Below are positions 33,331 through 45,019 of a DNA stretch of 64,000 bases, in pieces (the stretch's first letter is position 1; every line of letters begins with the position of its first letter). The stretch covers positions 78,393 to 142,392 of the forward strand of contig CAVRJA010000010.1 in NCBI GenBank assembly GCA_963721405.1. The letters run 5' to 3'. This DNA comes from an uncultured Acidobacteriota bacterium. GTDB lineage: Bacteria; Acidobacteriota; UBA6911. The notes beneath the pieces were generated by a model. That model did not search any database. It saw nothing but the letters and a program-made list of their open reading frames with translations, and was not told where the DNA came from. Both the position numbers and the translations under genes were made by a program.

Positions 33331-33399
33331 CGTCTGAAGAAATCCCTTCATTGAATCAGAACCTCTCGGAGCTTGCCCGGATCACTTTGGCTGATGTTG

Positions 33400-34055
<656 letters not shown>

Positions 34056-34206
34056 TATAAATCAATAAGTTACAAAAAGATCCCCAAAGAGTAAAACTCA
34101 GAATCTGCATTTGGGTACCACAGGGGTACCACCGTGAGGCATTTGGCTCCCCATCCCAAAATCCGGCCTCGTGCGGGTTGCCTCCGGTCATCCGGGAGCG
34201 GAATTA

Positions 34207-34253
34207 GACTCATAATCAGCGGGTCGCAGGTTCGAGTCCTGCTGGGCCCACCA
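34207..34253 (+). repeat. 3' half of a CAT-anticodon tRNA (Ile2/Met), att-like site
   Basis: GACTCATAATCAGCGGGTCGCAGGTTCGAGTCCTGCTGGGCCCACCA; no 5' half upstream. Confidence 0.85.
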
Positions 34254-34380
34254 CATAATAAAAGACTTACGGTAACACGTTACTCATCAAAATCCTCCTT
34301 GGGTAGCACATGGGTAGCAAGTCGAAGCACCTTTCTGCACTCGCTTGTCACCTCTGTAAAACGCAATTCGACGGTAGGTG

Positions 34381-34428
34381 TGATTCGTAATCAGTAGGTC
34401 CCCGGTTCAAGTCCGGGCGCTGGCTCCA
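34381..34428 (+). repeat. 3' half of tRNA-Thr(CGT), att-like site
   Basis: TGATTCGTAATCAGTAGGTCCCCGGTTCAAGTCCGGGCGCTGGCTCCA; no 5' half. Confidence 0.85.
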
Positions 34429-34607
34429 TAAAATCAATTATTTACAGTAATACAGAAATTGCAAAAATCATAAAATGCCGGTTTGGGTTCCACATGGGTT
34501 CCAAGCGGCGTCCTATTACCAATGATGTTAGCGCGGTTTCTCGGGCCATTAGCACCTGCAAGCGACAGCAACAATCTGGAACCTCCCTGGGGCAGCGTTG
34601 ACCGACG

Positions 34608-34658
34608 ACTCTTAATCAGTAGGTTGAAGGTTCGATTCCTTCACGGCTCACCAATAAA
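34608..34658 (+). repeat. 3' half of tRNA-Lys(CTT); left copy of a 51-bp direct repeat
   Basis: ACTCTTAATCAGTAGGTTGAAGGTTCGATTCCTTCACGGCTCACCAATAAA, identical to 60815-60865. Confidence 0.92.
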
Positions 34659-34795
34659 CAAAGCAGAATCAAGCGGATACTAGAAAGGCGGGAAGGCTCC
34701 GTTTTGGCCGCCACGCGGCTAGCAACCATATAGCAATCAGCCGCGCGATGAATGTGCTTGCGGGGAAGCCCAAATCGTCTATCGCCCCGAGGTTA

Positions 34796-35296
34796 TTAAC
34801 TGGTCTTCTTTTCCTGTGCGAGTGCCTCTGTTGCTGCATTCAAATAGGATCGGAATTCCCAGACCGCTTCCGTCGCCTTGGAACCCGTATTGATGTGATA
34901 GTCACGGGCCTTTTGATAGATGGCGTCCAAGAGTTTCCACAAGCAGGGAACCGCACAGGCTTGGATTTCAATCGAAGCGCTCGTCAGGGCGATTACCTTT
35001 TTGGCTATTAGACGGTTGCCGTCCTGCTCGTCTCGCTCAATCATTTGGATTGCGAAAGTCCATTTGCCATTAACTTCTGCATAACCAAAAAAGACCTCAG
35101 CGCCGATCTTGCCCGGCATCTTCAAGCCATGTACCGGTTTTTCCATGAGCCAAGTTTCTATCTGGCCTCCGGTAACAGGCAGAAGTGCTTGAGCCTTAGA
35201 GATGAAATCTTCTATTTCTTTGGACTCCCTCTCATTTTTCGTGCTTGTGTCTCGCATAGCCGCAAAGACTTTGTGAGGGTATTCTGAAAAAAACAT
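34796..35296 (-). CDS. Hypothetical protein
   Basis: AAGGAG RBS, 166-aa ORF. Confidence 0.6.
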   Translation of the reverse strand: MFFSEYPHKVFAAMRDTSTKNERESKEIEDFISKAQALLPVTGGQIETWLMEKPVHGLKMPGKIGAEVFFGYAEVNGKWTFAIQMIERDEQDGNRLIAKKVIALTSASIEIQACAVPCLWKLLDAIYQKARDYHINTGSKATEAVWEFRSYLNAATEALAQEKKTS

Positions 35297-35372
35297 AGGC
35301 CTGCTCCTTTGAGAGGATTGATTTTTGCCTACCTTTTACCAGTTCAGCTAAGCCTTTCCAGTAATCCAAAAC

Positions 35373-35395
35373 AAAAAGGGCTCCCCAAAGAGCCC
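35373..35395 (-). terminator. Intrinsic terminator
   Basis: gggctc-tttggg-gagccc followed by a T-tract on the minus strand, after the 35415 stop. Confidence 0.55.
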
Positions 35396-35414
35396 CGGTG
35401 CCCGTCCTGATAGC

Positions 35415-35798
35415 TCACTTGCGTTTCTCAAGATCGGCCTTTAGAGCCAGCACGATATCTTTGATTACTTTATCGAAATTCTTCCCGCCGCTCTGAGATT
35501 TGACGATGATTTCATCGTCCTTTGCCTTGTCCGTGCGGATGAGGGTCCAGATAGTATTGTTGTCATTGTCACCGGCAAACCGGAAAATGTAATCGGCGCG
35601 GTCGCGGCGGAACGTGAAGCTGTCTTTGAATTCGGGATATGCCTTGATGATCTTTTGCTGGATTTCATCGGGTGTGCCAACCACGCCGACCCTGTAACTA
35701 TTACTATCGGGCGGCGGGTTGGGATTGTTGATCGCCTCAACGTGGATGCGGGGCAATGTAACTTGGAACAGCATTACGAGCAGCAAGAGCGGTTGCAT
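35415..35798 (-). CDS. Hypothetical secreted protein
   Basis: AAGGGGG RBS before MQPLLLLVMLFQ hydrophobic N-terminus. Confidence 0.6.
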   Translation of the reverse strand: MQPLLLLVMLFQVTLPRIHVEAINNPNPPPDSNSYRVGVVGTPDEIQQKIIKAYPEFKDSFTFRRDRADYIFRFAGDNDNNTIWTLIRTDKAKDDEIIVKSQSGGKNFDKVIKDIVLALKADLEKRK

Positions 35799-36113
35799 AA
35801 TTCCCCCTTTTACTTGTAGTACCCATTCCGGCAACGTATCTGATATGGCCGAATATTATCACTGTTGCCCTGACTGTCTTCTGAAATTCAAAATGACCCA
35901 CCTACGATGACATTTGGGCGTATCACAATGGGCAATAATCGCAACGGCCGGTTCAAGTCGGCAGCAACGCGCTTCAAGATCATATTTTTTTAAAATAAGA
36001 CCACCCCTCGTGACACTACATGGTTGCAGTACCGCCCCTCGAACTCGCCGGGAAAAATGGCAATCCCGCTGCCGTCCTCCCCGGTTGATACTGCCGGCCC
36101 TCAAAAACATCGA

Positions 36114-36671
36114 GCCAGGATGCCCCAGGATCGACGATCGGATCTTAAGCCTTACCGCATGTATGTTCAATTTTCGATGTCTGCTCTCACTGGATCGTCT
36201 CTTCGTAGTTTGGCCTCGAAAGCCGTTCTTTCAGTATCTTTTCCGCTTCCGGCCATGGCGTGTTACCAGGTAGATCCTTAATCAAGTCCAGTTGCTTCTT
36301 AAAGCTTAGGTAATACCCCTGTTGCTTCTCGAGATATTTAATGCGCTTTTCAACTCTGTCCAGCTTACTCATTCTCATGGTGATTCCTCCTTTGAGTTTT
36401 GTTCCTCTGTGGATCCCATTTCGTCTCCCTATCTAAATCCGGCTCTTTCGGCGCGCTCCAGCAGCTCGAGCAATAACGCCAGCTCTGCAGCCGGAATCCG
36501 CGGCCGGTCGGCCGATCCTCGAGGTGAAACGGTCCCGCCCGGCTGTCACAAAGGCCGCAGCGATCGCGCTGGGGTGTGCGACTCTCGAAAATTGCAATCT
36601 CGGCCGATTCCCGATTTTTCGCCATGCGGCCTCAAGGGGAAACGCGCCAGGATGCCCCAGGATCGACGATC
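36114..36671 (+). repeat. 26-bp exact direct repeat (36114-36139 and 36646-36671)
   Basis: GCCAGGATGCCCCAGGATCGACGATC twice, 532 bp apart. Confidence 0.8.
36187..36378 (-). CDS. Small basic hypothetical protein
   Basis: AAGGAGG RBS; 63 aa. Confidence 0.6.
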   Translation of the reverse strand: MRMSKLDRVEKRIKYLEKQQGYYLSFKKQLDLIKDLPGNTPWPEAEKILKERLSRPNYEETIQ

Positions 36672-37345
36672 ATTAGCCGGGCTTATACCTACCTATCCCT
36701 TGAAGCCGCTGCTTTGCGGGCAGGGCAGGCGCACGGGGTCTCGCGGCCTTCCCGCAGGCGGCCCGCAATCTCTTTCAGCGTCTCACGGTCGTGAAACTCA
36801 ACGATTCGCAAGCTACCCACGATGCCTCCGGCGAAATGGAGTGTGACCTGGCCTGTGAAGCCGCCGGGCAAGAGTCTAAGGACTTCAGAAACGCCGCAAT
36901 GTTCCTCACGGCAGGACGTCGGCTTTACTGTCTGCATTGAAACCTCAAGATGGAAAAGTTAGGCAGGCCGCCTCCCCCCGGAGAGCGGCCCGCTGTCCCG
37001 GCCGCCGGCGGTCGCACAGCTCCCGGGCTATATCGTTACCATGGTAACGCCCATAAGCGGCAGGCCGCCGCCCCCATTGGCGACGGCCTCCAGCTGGACC
37101 GTGAAACCATGCGGCCCAACTTTCGGAAATTTCCCAGCGGGAGCCGACCAGCCGGCCCCCGCCGTTTTTTTTGGAGGTGCCGGTTATCCCTCGCGGGCCC
37201 GCCGGCGCGGGTGAAAAATCAGAACGTCGGCGGAAATCCCGTCTTCGCCATGTGATCGTTGAACCGGCGCTCCCATTCGGCGCGAACAGTGGATCTTTCA
37301 CCAGAAAACGGCCATCTTCGCCTTTAAATCTGGATGCTTCGCAAG

Positions 37346-38023
37346 TCATTTTTCCCCCCGCTCGCCAAAGCCGGCGCGGTAATGTGTGATTTCCGACTGG
37401 TGCGGCTGATACGCGAGCGAATTCATTTCCGTTAATTTGTCCTCGCCCACCACGGCCCGTTGGAAATCCAATTCGATGTTTTCGAGTTCTTCCTGTGACA
37501 CGCGGATCATCCGGTTGATTTCAGCCAACGGCCGCAGATGTGCCGCCTTCACCTTTTTCAGGGTCGCCAAAATTCGGTTCTGCGCTTCGCGGATAGCTGC
37601 GAAATTATGCCGGATTTCACGATGAGCATAGCCGTGCCCGTCAACGAGGTCGCGGTCGATTTTGATTTCCGCTCGGCTCTGCAGCTCTGCAACCTGTCTC
37701 ATGGCCGATTCATGAAACCTCATAATGTACGGCGCGTTTGTGCGCTCGAGGTCCGCCTCCAACCAAGAATGGCGCTGATGCCAAAACCTTTTTACTTCGT
37801 CTCGCTCGCGCCGCGCGATGATCAGCTCGGCGAGCGCGTCATTGGCCCGCAGTGACACGGCCATCTGCAGCACCCGCGCTTTCTCTGCCAGCCCAATTGC
37901 GCGCAAGTCGAGATCGTCGTATTCGATTATCATCGCGCCGCGGGTGTCGTCGTGCGCTTCCAATAAAGCAAATTTCGCCGCGCTCGCGGCCTCGTCCTCA
38001 GCTACCAACTCTCGATAATTCAT
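37346..38023 (-). CDS. Hypothetical helical/coiled-coil protein
   Basis: AGGAG RBS before MNYREL; helical composition. Confidence 0.6.
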   Translation of the reverse strand: MNYRELVAEDEAASAAKFALLEAHDDTRGAMIIEYDDLDLRAIGLAEKARVLQMAVSLRANDALAELIIARRERDEVKRFWHQRHSWLEADLERTNAPYIMRFHESAMRQVAELQSRAEIKIDRDLVDGHGYAHREIRHNFAAIREAQNRILATLKKVKAAHLRPLAEINRMIRVSQEELENIELDFQRAVVGEDKLTEMNSLAYQPHQSEITHYRAGFGERGEK

Positions 38024-38092
38024 GGTTGTTCTCCTGCCCTCGGGCTTCCAGCCTCCAGGCAAATATGCCGGCATCCGGCCGGCGCGGTGCTG

Positions 38093-38461
38093 CTAGTGAA
38101 TGCGGCCCCTTGGCTCCATGCCCAGGAAATCCGCCTTGCGCAAAAATTCATCGTTTTCCGCGTGCGCTACAGCGTCCCGATGCGCCAATGCCTCCTCGTG
38201 ACTCAACCCATCATCGAATCTGAGCTTCGAGTAAACACCCCAGCTCGCGCGGAGAGGGTCCGCAGCCGCGTACGCCTCGATCTGATCGCGGTTTGTCTCC
38301 CAATCTTCCTTCATCCGATCTTCATCGACGTCGATACCGCTTCCTGGCTGGCCGCCATAGCCACCGCCGAAATAGTCACGCCCGCAAGTGTGGTGAACGA
38401 GTTGCGCGTGATTAAGCTCGCGCGTGAAATTTCGTGTCCGGTGTAAGCGTTTGGTCCCCAT
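38093..38461 (-). CDS. Hypothetical protein
   Basis: GAGG RBS; 122-aa ORF in the same orientation as its neighbours. Confidence 0.5.
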   Translation of the reverse strand: MGTKRLHRTRNFTRELNHAQLVHHTCGRDYFGGGYGGQPGSGIDVDEDRMKEDWETNRDQIEAYAAADPLRASWGVYSKLRFDDGLSHEEALAHRDAVAHAENDEFLRKADFLGMEPRGRIH

Positions 38462-39145
38462 ATTTGTTCCTCACCTTCCCGCCGGCCGGCCCGGCCGGTC
38501 GCGCAATGGTTCCAGGTCCAAGTTCAATGCTTTCAAACACGAAAGCAGTGAGGTTCAAGATGCCGATTCCGCCAGATGCCGGCACCGAGCGGAACAGCAG
38601 GCAGAATCCCACCGCAGCATGAAGCCGGCTGTGTCGATCGCCGGGCGTCCAGGCGAGATCAACTGTGCGCCGCGTTTAATCGTTGTGCTTCCCCAGCATG
38701 GCGAGGTCCGAGGTCGGACGCATACGAGCGACTTCAGACATTCAGATCATGAAAAGGAGGGGAGCAAGGACGGACGCCCGGCGCACGCCACGATCAAGAC
38801 TGGGAGACCGTTCATCGGCTGTGCGGAAAGCATCACCTTTATGCAGGCCTCGCGCGGTCGATTTGAGACCACAATTGGCGCGGCTTTCCGCGCCTCCTTT
38901 CGACCACCCTTTTCGCACACCCCCTGTTACCTGCCAACCGCTTTGCTCTGGATTTCACCCATCCTGGTGAAATCACACGCGTTATCCGGCATGGCGCCTG
39001 CGGGAAGTTTGTTGCCGAAAAAATAATGAATTATTTTCTTGCTCCATATGTACATATGGTGGTATGGTAATTCCATTGAGCAGAGGCAATGATGAGACCC
39101 AACCAAAAACCCACCGGAAAACACAGGGTCACTGGAGGCCGCTGA

Positions 39146-39339
39146 TGTCTCGATACCGTTACATCGTTTGCCGTCCTCGCCATACGGGTACTGAGGTCAA
39201 CACCCTGCGAGAGGCCAAGGGTACAGCCCGTAACCTCTCCATCGAATTGCCCTACCTTTATGAGGTTTGGCGCGTCACTGGCGACGGTGCGCACTACCTG
39301 CTCTACACAGCTTGTGACGGCAGGCTTAGGACTGTCTGA
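39146..39339 (+). CDS. Small hypothetical protein
   Basis: GGAGG RBS before MSRYRYIVC; first gene of the radC/resolvase run; start approximate. Confidence 0.45.
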
Positions 39340-39357
39340 CAGAAAGACGGGCTGACC

Positions 39358-39579
39358 ATGGATCTTACTCGTCAAGAGCGCATTGACCACCTTTGTTCCC
39401 TGTACGAGTCTCAGGTGCAGTTGGCCCGTGCTCATGCCGCCACCTGCCATGCGTGCCATTACCCGATCGTCGACGACGAAGGCAATCCGGGATACCAGTC
39501 CGAAGCCTGTTTGACGGGGTCTCCCATCCTGCGGCGTCTCTTTGAACTGGATAATGCCCTCTTGGGCATTGGCGAATAA
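39358..39579 (+). CDS. Small Cys/His-rich hypothetical protein
   Basis: HAATCHACH...C possible metal site; in the run upstream of radC. Confidence 0.55.
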   Translation: MDLTRQERIDHLCSLYESQVQLARAHAATCHACHYPIVDDEGNPGYQSEACLTGSPILRRLFELDNALLGIGE

Positions 39580-39603
39580 CGGCTTCTATTCCCGGAGGAA
39601 TCC

Positions 39604-40203
39604 ATGAATACCGATGCAATCGCCGCCGTTCTGGGAGGGACACCGCGCGCCGTCGCTGCTGCGACTCGACTGGCGCAAAACCTCGACGACTATGAGTTGC
39701 CGCGAGCCTCTCAGGAGCAACTGCGCCATATCGCCCGCATCAGCCCGCGCCAAGCGGCGACTCTCCACAACGCGATTGCACTCGCAGCACTGCTGGCAAC
39801 GCCCATGAAGCGAGGCCAAAGGTTCAGCAACTCCCGGGACATCTTCAATCGCTATGCTCCTCGCTATTATTCCGTCGACCGGGAGCATTTTGTGGCGCTC
39901 CTGCTCGACAGCAAGAACGCCCTGATCCGCGAATGCCTCATAGCCGTCGGTTCGCTCAGCACCTCCGTCGTGCATCCACGCGAGGTTTTTCGCCCGGCCG
40001 TGCAGGATAGCGCCGCGGCAGTCCTTTTCTTTCACAATCATCCGTCGGGCGACCCCAGCCCGAGCCGCGAAGACCGCGAATGCAACCAGAGGCTCTTCCG
40101 TGCCGGCGAACTCTTGGGGATTCGCGTCCTGGACCACATCGTAATCGGGCATGAGGAATACTTCAGCTTTGCCGATGCCGGATTACTGGAGAGTGCGGAT
40201 TGA
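39604..40203 (+). CDS. radC: RadC-like JAB domain protein
   Basis: REHF, VHPREVF, HNHPSGDPSPSRED, VLDHIVIG. Confidence 0.93.
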   Translation: MNTDAIAAVLGGTPRAVAAATRLAQNLDDYELPRASQEQLRHIARISPRQAATLHNAIALAALLATPMKRGQRFSNSRDIFNRYAPRYYSVDREHFVALLLDSKNALIRECLIAVGSLSTSVVHPREVFRPAVQDSAAAVLFFHNHPSGDPSPSREDRECNQRLFRAGELLGIRVLDHIVIGHEEYFSFADAGLLESAD

Positions 40204-40374
40204 GCCGGGGACTATTGGTGCGTAAGCGTCGAGCGATGGGAACGTGTGTGACCCGCGCATGGTTGACTGGAGGTTTCAACAGGCGTACATATGGACGCGT
40301 GGAGGGCGAGTCTGGCCCGAAGAGACATTTGCGGGATGGCGAGATCCGCCAGCGGCGGGGAAAGGCAGTTTTCG

Positions 40375-40533
40375 ATGAGCGAGAAAAAAGCGGACATCCA
40401 TATTACGGTGGACGAGAAGACCCTGAAGGCTGCGAAGATAAAGTGCATAGAAGACAATCTGGTGCTTTCGGAGGTCATTACCGAGCTGTTACTCCAATGG
40501 GTGGATGGTCGGATAAAAGTGAAGAAGGGGTGA
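40375..40533 (+). CDS. Small ribbon-helix-helix protein
   Basis: IHITVDEKTLKAAKIKCIEDNLVLSEVITELLLQWV is a beta-alpha-alpha pattern. Confidence 0.6.
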   Translation: MSEKKADIHITVDEKTLKAAKIKCIEDNLVLSEVITELLLQWVDGRIKVKKG

Positions 40534-40605
40534 GATGCGTGAGGGTCTGGAACGCCGCAGTCTGGCATAAGGCGGATGCAGGTGTTTTCTGCCGGGGAAT
40601 AAGCC

Positions 40606-41259
40606 ATGCACAAGACTAAGCGTGTCGCGATATATGCCCGGGTGAGCACGGACGGTCAGGACGAGTCGATGCAGCTGACTGCCCTGCGTCAGATGGTCAC
40701 TCAGCGAGCGTGGGAACTGAAGGCCGAGTACGTGGACCACGGCGTGTCGAGCCGGGACGTCCGGCCGCAGCTTGAGAAGCTGATGCGCGATGCACACCAG
40801 CGGAAATTCGACGTGGTGGCGGTCTGGAAGTTTGACCGATTCGCAAGGAGTACGCGGGAACTTGTCTTTGCATTGGAGCAGTTTCAGGCCTTGGGAATCG
40901 ATTTCGTATCGGTGACCCAGGCAGTTGACACCTCGGGGCCGATGGGGAAGCTGGTGTTTTCGGTGCTGGCGGCGATCGCCGAGTTCGAGCGGGAGTTGAT
41001 CAGGGAACGAGTTGTCGCCGGAATGAAGGAGGCACAGCGACGCGGGAAGCACTGTGGCCGACCCGCGATGGAATTCGACGTTGAGAAGGCTGCGGAGTTG
41101 CGACAATCGGGCCTCTCGTGGAGCAAGCTGGCAGCGCAGACGGGGGTGCCGATTCATTTGCTGAGGACTCGGCTGACAAACATCAGATCAAACGGCAACA
41201 GCGACGGCCACGGTCAAATCGACGTTACGGTAGCAGGGACGATGGAGGTGCAAGCATGA
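40606..41259 (+). CDS. Serine recombinase (resolvase/invertase)
   Basis: YARVST, RPQL, DRFARS, AEFERELIRER, GRP, C-terminal HTH. Confidence 0.93.
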   Translation: MHKTKRVAIYARVSTDGQDESMQLTALRQMVTQRAWELKAEYVDHGVSSRDVRPQLEKLMRDAHQRKFDVVAVWKFDRFARSTRELVFALEQFQALGIDFVSVTQAVDTSGPMGKLVFSVLAAIAEFERELIRERVVAGMKEAQRRGKHCGRPAMEFDVEKAAELRQSGLSWSKLAAQTGVPIHLLRTRLTNIRSNGNSDGHGQIDVTVAGTMEVQA

Positions 41260-41807
41260 ATGATTATGACCGTTTCACGAGGCAAATGAATGACACGCTG
41301 GACATCCTGAAAAAAGCCATTGAAACGCTTGATGCCCCCATAGCGCAGAAAGACAAGCTCTCGGGACTGGCTTGGAATCTCCGAGAATTCGCCTATCAGG
41401 CTGGCAGAACAGAGAGTGCGGCCAGCATTCCGGACAAAAACCGGATCGTTGAACCACCAGCAAGGAGCCAGCGGTTCAAATACAAGACTGAGTTCGGCGA
41501 TTGGTTTGGCATCGATCATGAAATCGAGGCCCTCGTGCTGAATGGATTGATGTCCGATGAGAGCTGGCACAACGACACTATTCCGCATTTCGAACGTGTC
41601 CTCAGCGACAGGAAAATCCTCATGCTTTGGATCGAGGAGGAGAATCCGGACGATAGGGAAAACGCTCAGGAACCGTACATGATCCTGCTGGCGAGGCCCG
41701 ATGGCACGACCGATGGAGCGGAAACCTTGCTTGCAACCGAGGACACCTCCGAGGCTGTCTCTTATGTTCGCAGTCGAATCATGTCTGATCTGACATTCGT
41801 TCACTAA
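41256..41807 (+). CDS. Hypothetical protein
   Basis: ATGA overlap with the resolvase stop; DESWHND motif. Confidence 0.6.
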   Translation: MNDYDRFTRQMNDTLDILKKAIETLDAPIAQKDKLSGLAWNLREFAYQAGRTESAASIPDKNRIVEPPARSQRFKYKTEFGDWFGIDHEIEALVLNGLMSDESWHNDTIPHFERVLSDRKILMLWIEEENPDDRENAQEPYMILLARPDGTTDGAETLLATEDTSEAVSYVRSRIMSDLTFVH

Positions 41808-42045
41808 GGTGTAGGATTTCGGGTACATGGCGTGACCGACTCATCGATACATTTACCGGAGCATTTTTTGACTGCGCGACAGCGGATGTCCATTGGAACA
41901 GAAATTGGGGGGCTGGCATTGCCATGAGATAGGCCCAGCCTAATTCTGAGGTTGAACGATAATCTACTACGGTGTTTGAATATACGGATTCGAAAGGGTA
42001 GAGTAAACCAGTTATCCTCTTCGTAAAGGAAGACTTTTGGTGGGA

Positions 42046-43425
42046 TCAACTACCCCCGAAATCGGAACTCACTTGCTTTATCAGGTTAGCTAGTCTTTCG
42101 CCTTCTCGCATATCAATTTCGGCTGCTTTCAGATCTCCCTTTTCGCTGAACGCCAGAGCGCGAGTACCATATACCCATGGGAACCAAGGATATTTACTTA
42201 TGACCTCAGTTGCACTCTCGATCGCAGCGTCCCAATTCCCCTGGATCAGCTCAAGTTCTGCACGCCGCGATATTGAGTCGAGATGGCGCGGATTAATTTT
42301 GAGCGCTTCGTTTATGTCCAGTAACGCCCGCTCGTATTTCCTTTGACTAATATAGATGTTGGCACGCACCGCGTACCCGTCGGCAAAAAGAGGGGCGATG
42401 CGAACGGCTTCACTTACATCGGCTAGCGCCCGAGCGGCATCTTGCCGTTCCCAGGCCTGTGCGCGAAGAAAGTAGGCAATGGCGCAGCGAGGGGCCAATC
42501 GTATTGCGTCCGTACCGTCTGCCAACGCCACTGCTTTCTTGCCGACCACTAAGTTGAGGAATGCAGTGAGCAAATGCACTAACGCACACTGGTTGTAGGC
42601 AGGTATCAACTCGCCAGTTTGAGCGAACATACGTTTTAGAGATTCGCTCACAACTACAGGACTTTTTTGTGGATTGGCAGGCAACGGCCCTTTGTACTCC
42701 CCAGCCATGCCAGCAATCCCACCATCATACATACCTCGCATAAAGCAAACGAGATGTTGTACGAAAATGAAATCCTCGCATTCTTGCGGATTGAGCTGAA
42801 TGGCATCTTTTGAATCAGCTTCGGCGTGATCCAATTCGCCTATCATAAGGTTGCCTATTGCCCTGTAAGAATAAGAAATACCGTCTCGGGCATCCAATTT
42901 AATGGCCGCAGTCGCCTCGGCGATAGCATCGTCCCACTGGCTCAGGTTCAGGTGCTTCTTTGCCCGACTTCGACCGTCACTCGGCGTCATTTGATCGGCC
43001 GTAATGATGGAGGAATCTTGCAGTCTCTTTGGTGACTGCTCTTTTTCATTAAGCGATGAGCCAGGATCACTCATACCAAAGTGCTTTCCGACAAGAAGAT
43101 CAGAAATTTGCGATGATATAATTGGATTGTAGATGTTGGTTATAGCTAAGCTATTAGTAGTCTGTGTTCCCACCTCGATCCGGCTTCTAACTGCCACCAG
43201 ATCGCTATTGTTCCATTCGGCTTTAGATTTGTCTGCTTGAGCGCTTGTTCCGGTACCATGAGGAGCCCCGCATTCGTTACAGAACTTGGCCGAGAGTGAC
43301 TGTTCCATGCCGCAGATCTGGCATTTCTTTATGAGCTTAGCCCCACAGCGCTCGCAGAACATGCCATTTGTTTGGTCACCACATTGGGGACAAATGATTG
43401 TGCTGGGGTTGATTATGTTCGCCAC
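42046..43425 (-). CDS. Double zinc-ribbon + TPR protein
   Basis: Four CxxC motifs (CPQC, CERC, CQIC, CNEC) and TPR-like repeats. Confidence 0.8.
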   Translation of the reverse strand: MANIINPSTIICPQCGDQTNGMFCERCGAKLIKKCQICGMEQSLSAKFCNECGAPHGTGTSAQADKSKAEWNNSDLVAVRSRIEVGTQTTNSLAITNIYNPIISSQISDLLVGKHFGMSDPGSSLNEKEQSPKRLQDSSIITADQMTPSDGRSRAKKHLNLSQWDDAIAEATAAIKLDARDGISYSYRAIGNLMIGELDHAEADSKDAIQLNPQECEDFIFVQHLVCFMRGMYDGGIAGMAGEYKGPLPANPQKSPVVVSESLKRMFAQTGELIPAYNQCALVHLLTAFLNLVVGKKAVALADGTDAIRLAPRCAIAYFLRAQAWERQDAARALADVSEAVRIAPLFADGYAVRANIYISQRKYERALLDINEALKINPRHLDSISRRAELELIQGNWDAAIESATEVISKYPWFPWVYGTRALAFSEKGDLKAAEIDMREGERLANLIKQVSSDFGGS

Positions 43426-44202
43426 TGTCAGACTCCATCATTTGCTTTCATGATCAAATCCGGAGATCGCTTGAACGAATTGTGTGAAGAAGACACTCTG
43501 GTGAAATCGTCAGTCGTTTTCAATCCCAGCTCCACTGGGATTCGACCGTTGCCACATTCAATAATGGGACAATATTTCAGCCGTAGGTCAGCTTTCGGAT
43601 TTTTCCGGGTTACAGGATTTGATTATAAACCGAAGAGGGATTGCAGGATATCAGATTCTCATGTGCTCTCGGAAAAACTCAACGCACGGGTGTCAACGCT
43701 TAAAAATAAAGGCTCGGTCATATCCCGTGCTGCAAAGATAGCCGTAGGCGCACTGTGGGAGAGTGAAAGCTATTTCGAACCGCGCACCTAGTAGCCGCAT
43801 GCTGCCGCCACCCAAATGGCACGCTTTGCCTTATGTTGCCACTTTTCACGATGCAATCTGGATGTAAATCCTTATCTTTGCAGGATTTGATCTGCTTGTG
43901 ACAATGCCAGCCGTCCTCCAGGGGCTGGCGCAGCACGTCGAGGAAAGGACGCCGTTGTGTGCCAGGGTTATCTCGCCGGGCAGGGGAATGCCGACCGATC
44001 CTGATGGGCCCGGTACCGGAGATCGGGTGGCGCCGGCAGGCCTGAGATCCCCTCGGTTCGGCGGTCAGTCTAGCCGGAGGACCCAATTGTGTTAGGAAAT
44101 ACCGCACAAAATCATCCATACTTCCGGGATTGAAGTGAAAGCTGGAAGCACCATGAATCTTCGCCACCCCTTCAGAAATCAGGTTCGGCGAACGCAAGAA
44201 CT

Positions 44203-44781
44203 ATGGAGGCTGAAATGGTTGACGGTCTTCGCTATTACGACCTTGACGCGTACCTTTTCGAAGACGTCCACAGTCGGTTCCAGAAGGAGGGAAAGCTATG
44301 TGCGTTCGACTTTTTCTCAATTGTCATTTGGAAGGCCAACCGGGCCAAGAGTAAGGTTGCAAAGCGGCTACTCGCCAGATGTCCGCAGGAGGGTGACGAT
44401 CTCGATGCGATCGTGCGCAACCTGACGAAGTCTTTGTTTGACGCTCACACTCACCGTGAGCGACTCCGCATCCTGTTCGAAGACTGGGGCTTCTACCTGC
44501 CCATGGCATCAGCAGTGCTCGCAGTCTTGTGGCCGGACTTCTTCACCGTTTACGACTACAGGGTTTGCGAACAACTCGGTCGATATCACGAATTGGCCAA
44601 CTGGTCGAAGTTCGATGAGGTCTGGTCCGGTTACCAGCAGTACCGCGATGCCGTCCTGGCCGCCGCTCCCAATGGGCTGTGGCTGCGCGACAAGGACAGG
44701 TATCTTTGGGGCATGTCGAGCGCCCTGCAATTGGAGAATGACATCAAAACGCGCTTCACCAAACCGAGCGAACTCGGCTAA
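44203..44781 (+). CDS. Hypothetical HhH/DNA-glycosylase-like protein
   Basis: IVIWK, GFYLPMASAVL..LWP..FTVYDYRV, RDKDRYLW pattern resembles the HhH-GPD superfamily. Confidence 0.55.
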   Translation: MEAEMVDGLRYYDLDAYLFEDVHSRFQKEGKLCAFDFFSIVIWKANRAKSKVAKRLLARCPQEGDDLDAIVRNLTKSLFDAHTHRERLRILFEDWGFYLPMASAVLAVLWPDFFTVYDYRVCEQLGRYHELANWSKFDEVWSGYQQYRDAVLAAAPNGLWLRDKDRYLWGMSSALQLENDIKTRFTKPSELG

Positions 44782-45019
44782 AGTACAAGTTTCTTTTTGG
44801 AGCCTCTTGCCGAAGAGTTGATCCATCAAGCCCCGGTCGCCTTTCGGTTCAACTCGCGTAAGCGGATTGCCTGGAGGAGAGGTGATATCCTTGCCCGTAA
44901 GGCTCCTGCCAATCATCGGATTTACTGGCAATACAGGAGGGGCATCAATCAAATTTTATGCTCCTGTTTCAAGTGCGTTACCATTGACGGAAGCTGCTGC
45001 CGACTTGTGGTAGGAGACT

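Noticed and set aside
34207-34653. Functional tRNA gene cluster (Ile/Met, Thr, Lys)
   Set aside because: Only 3' halves are present; no D-arm or 5' acceptor strand upstream of any.
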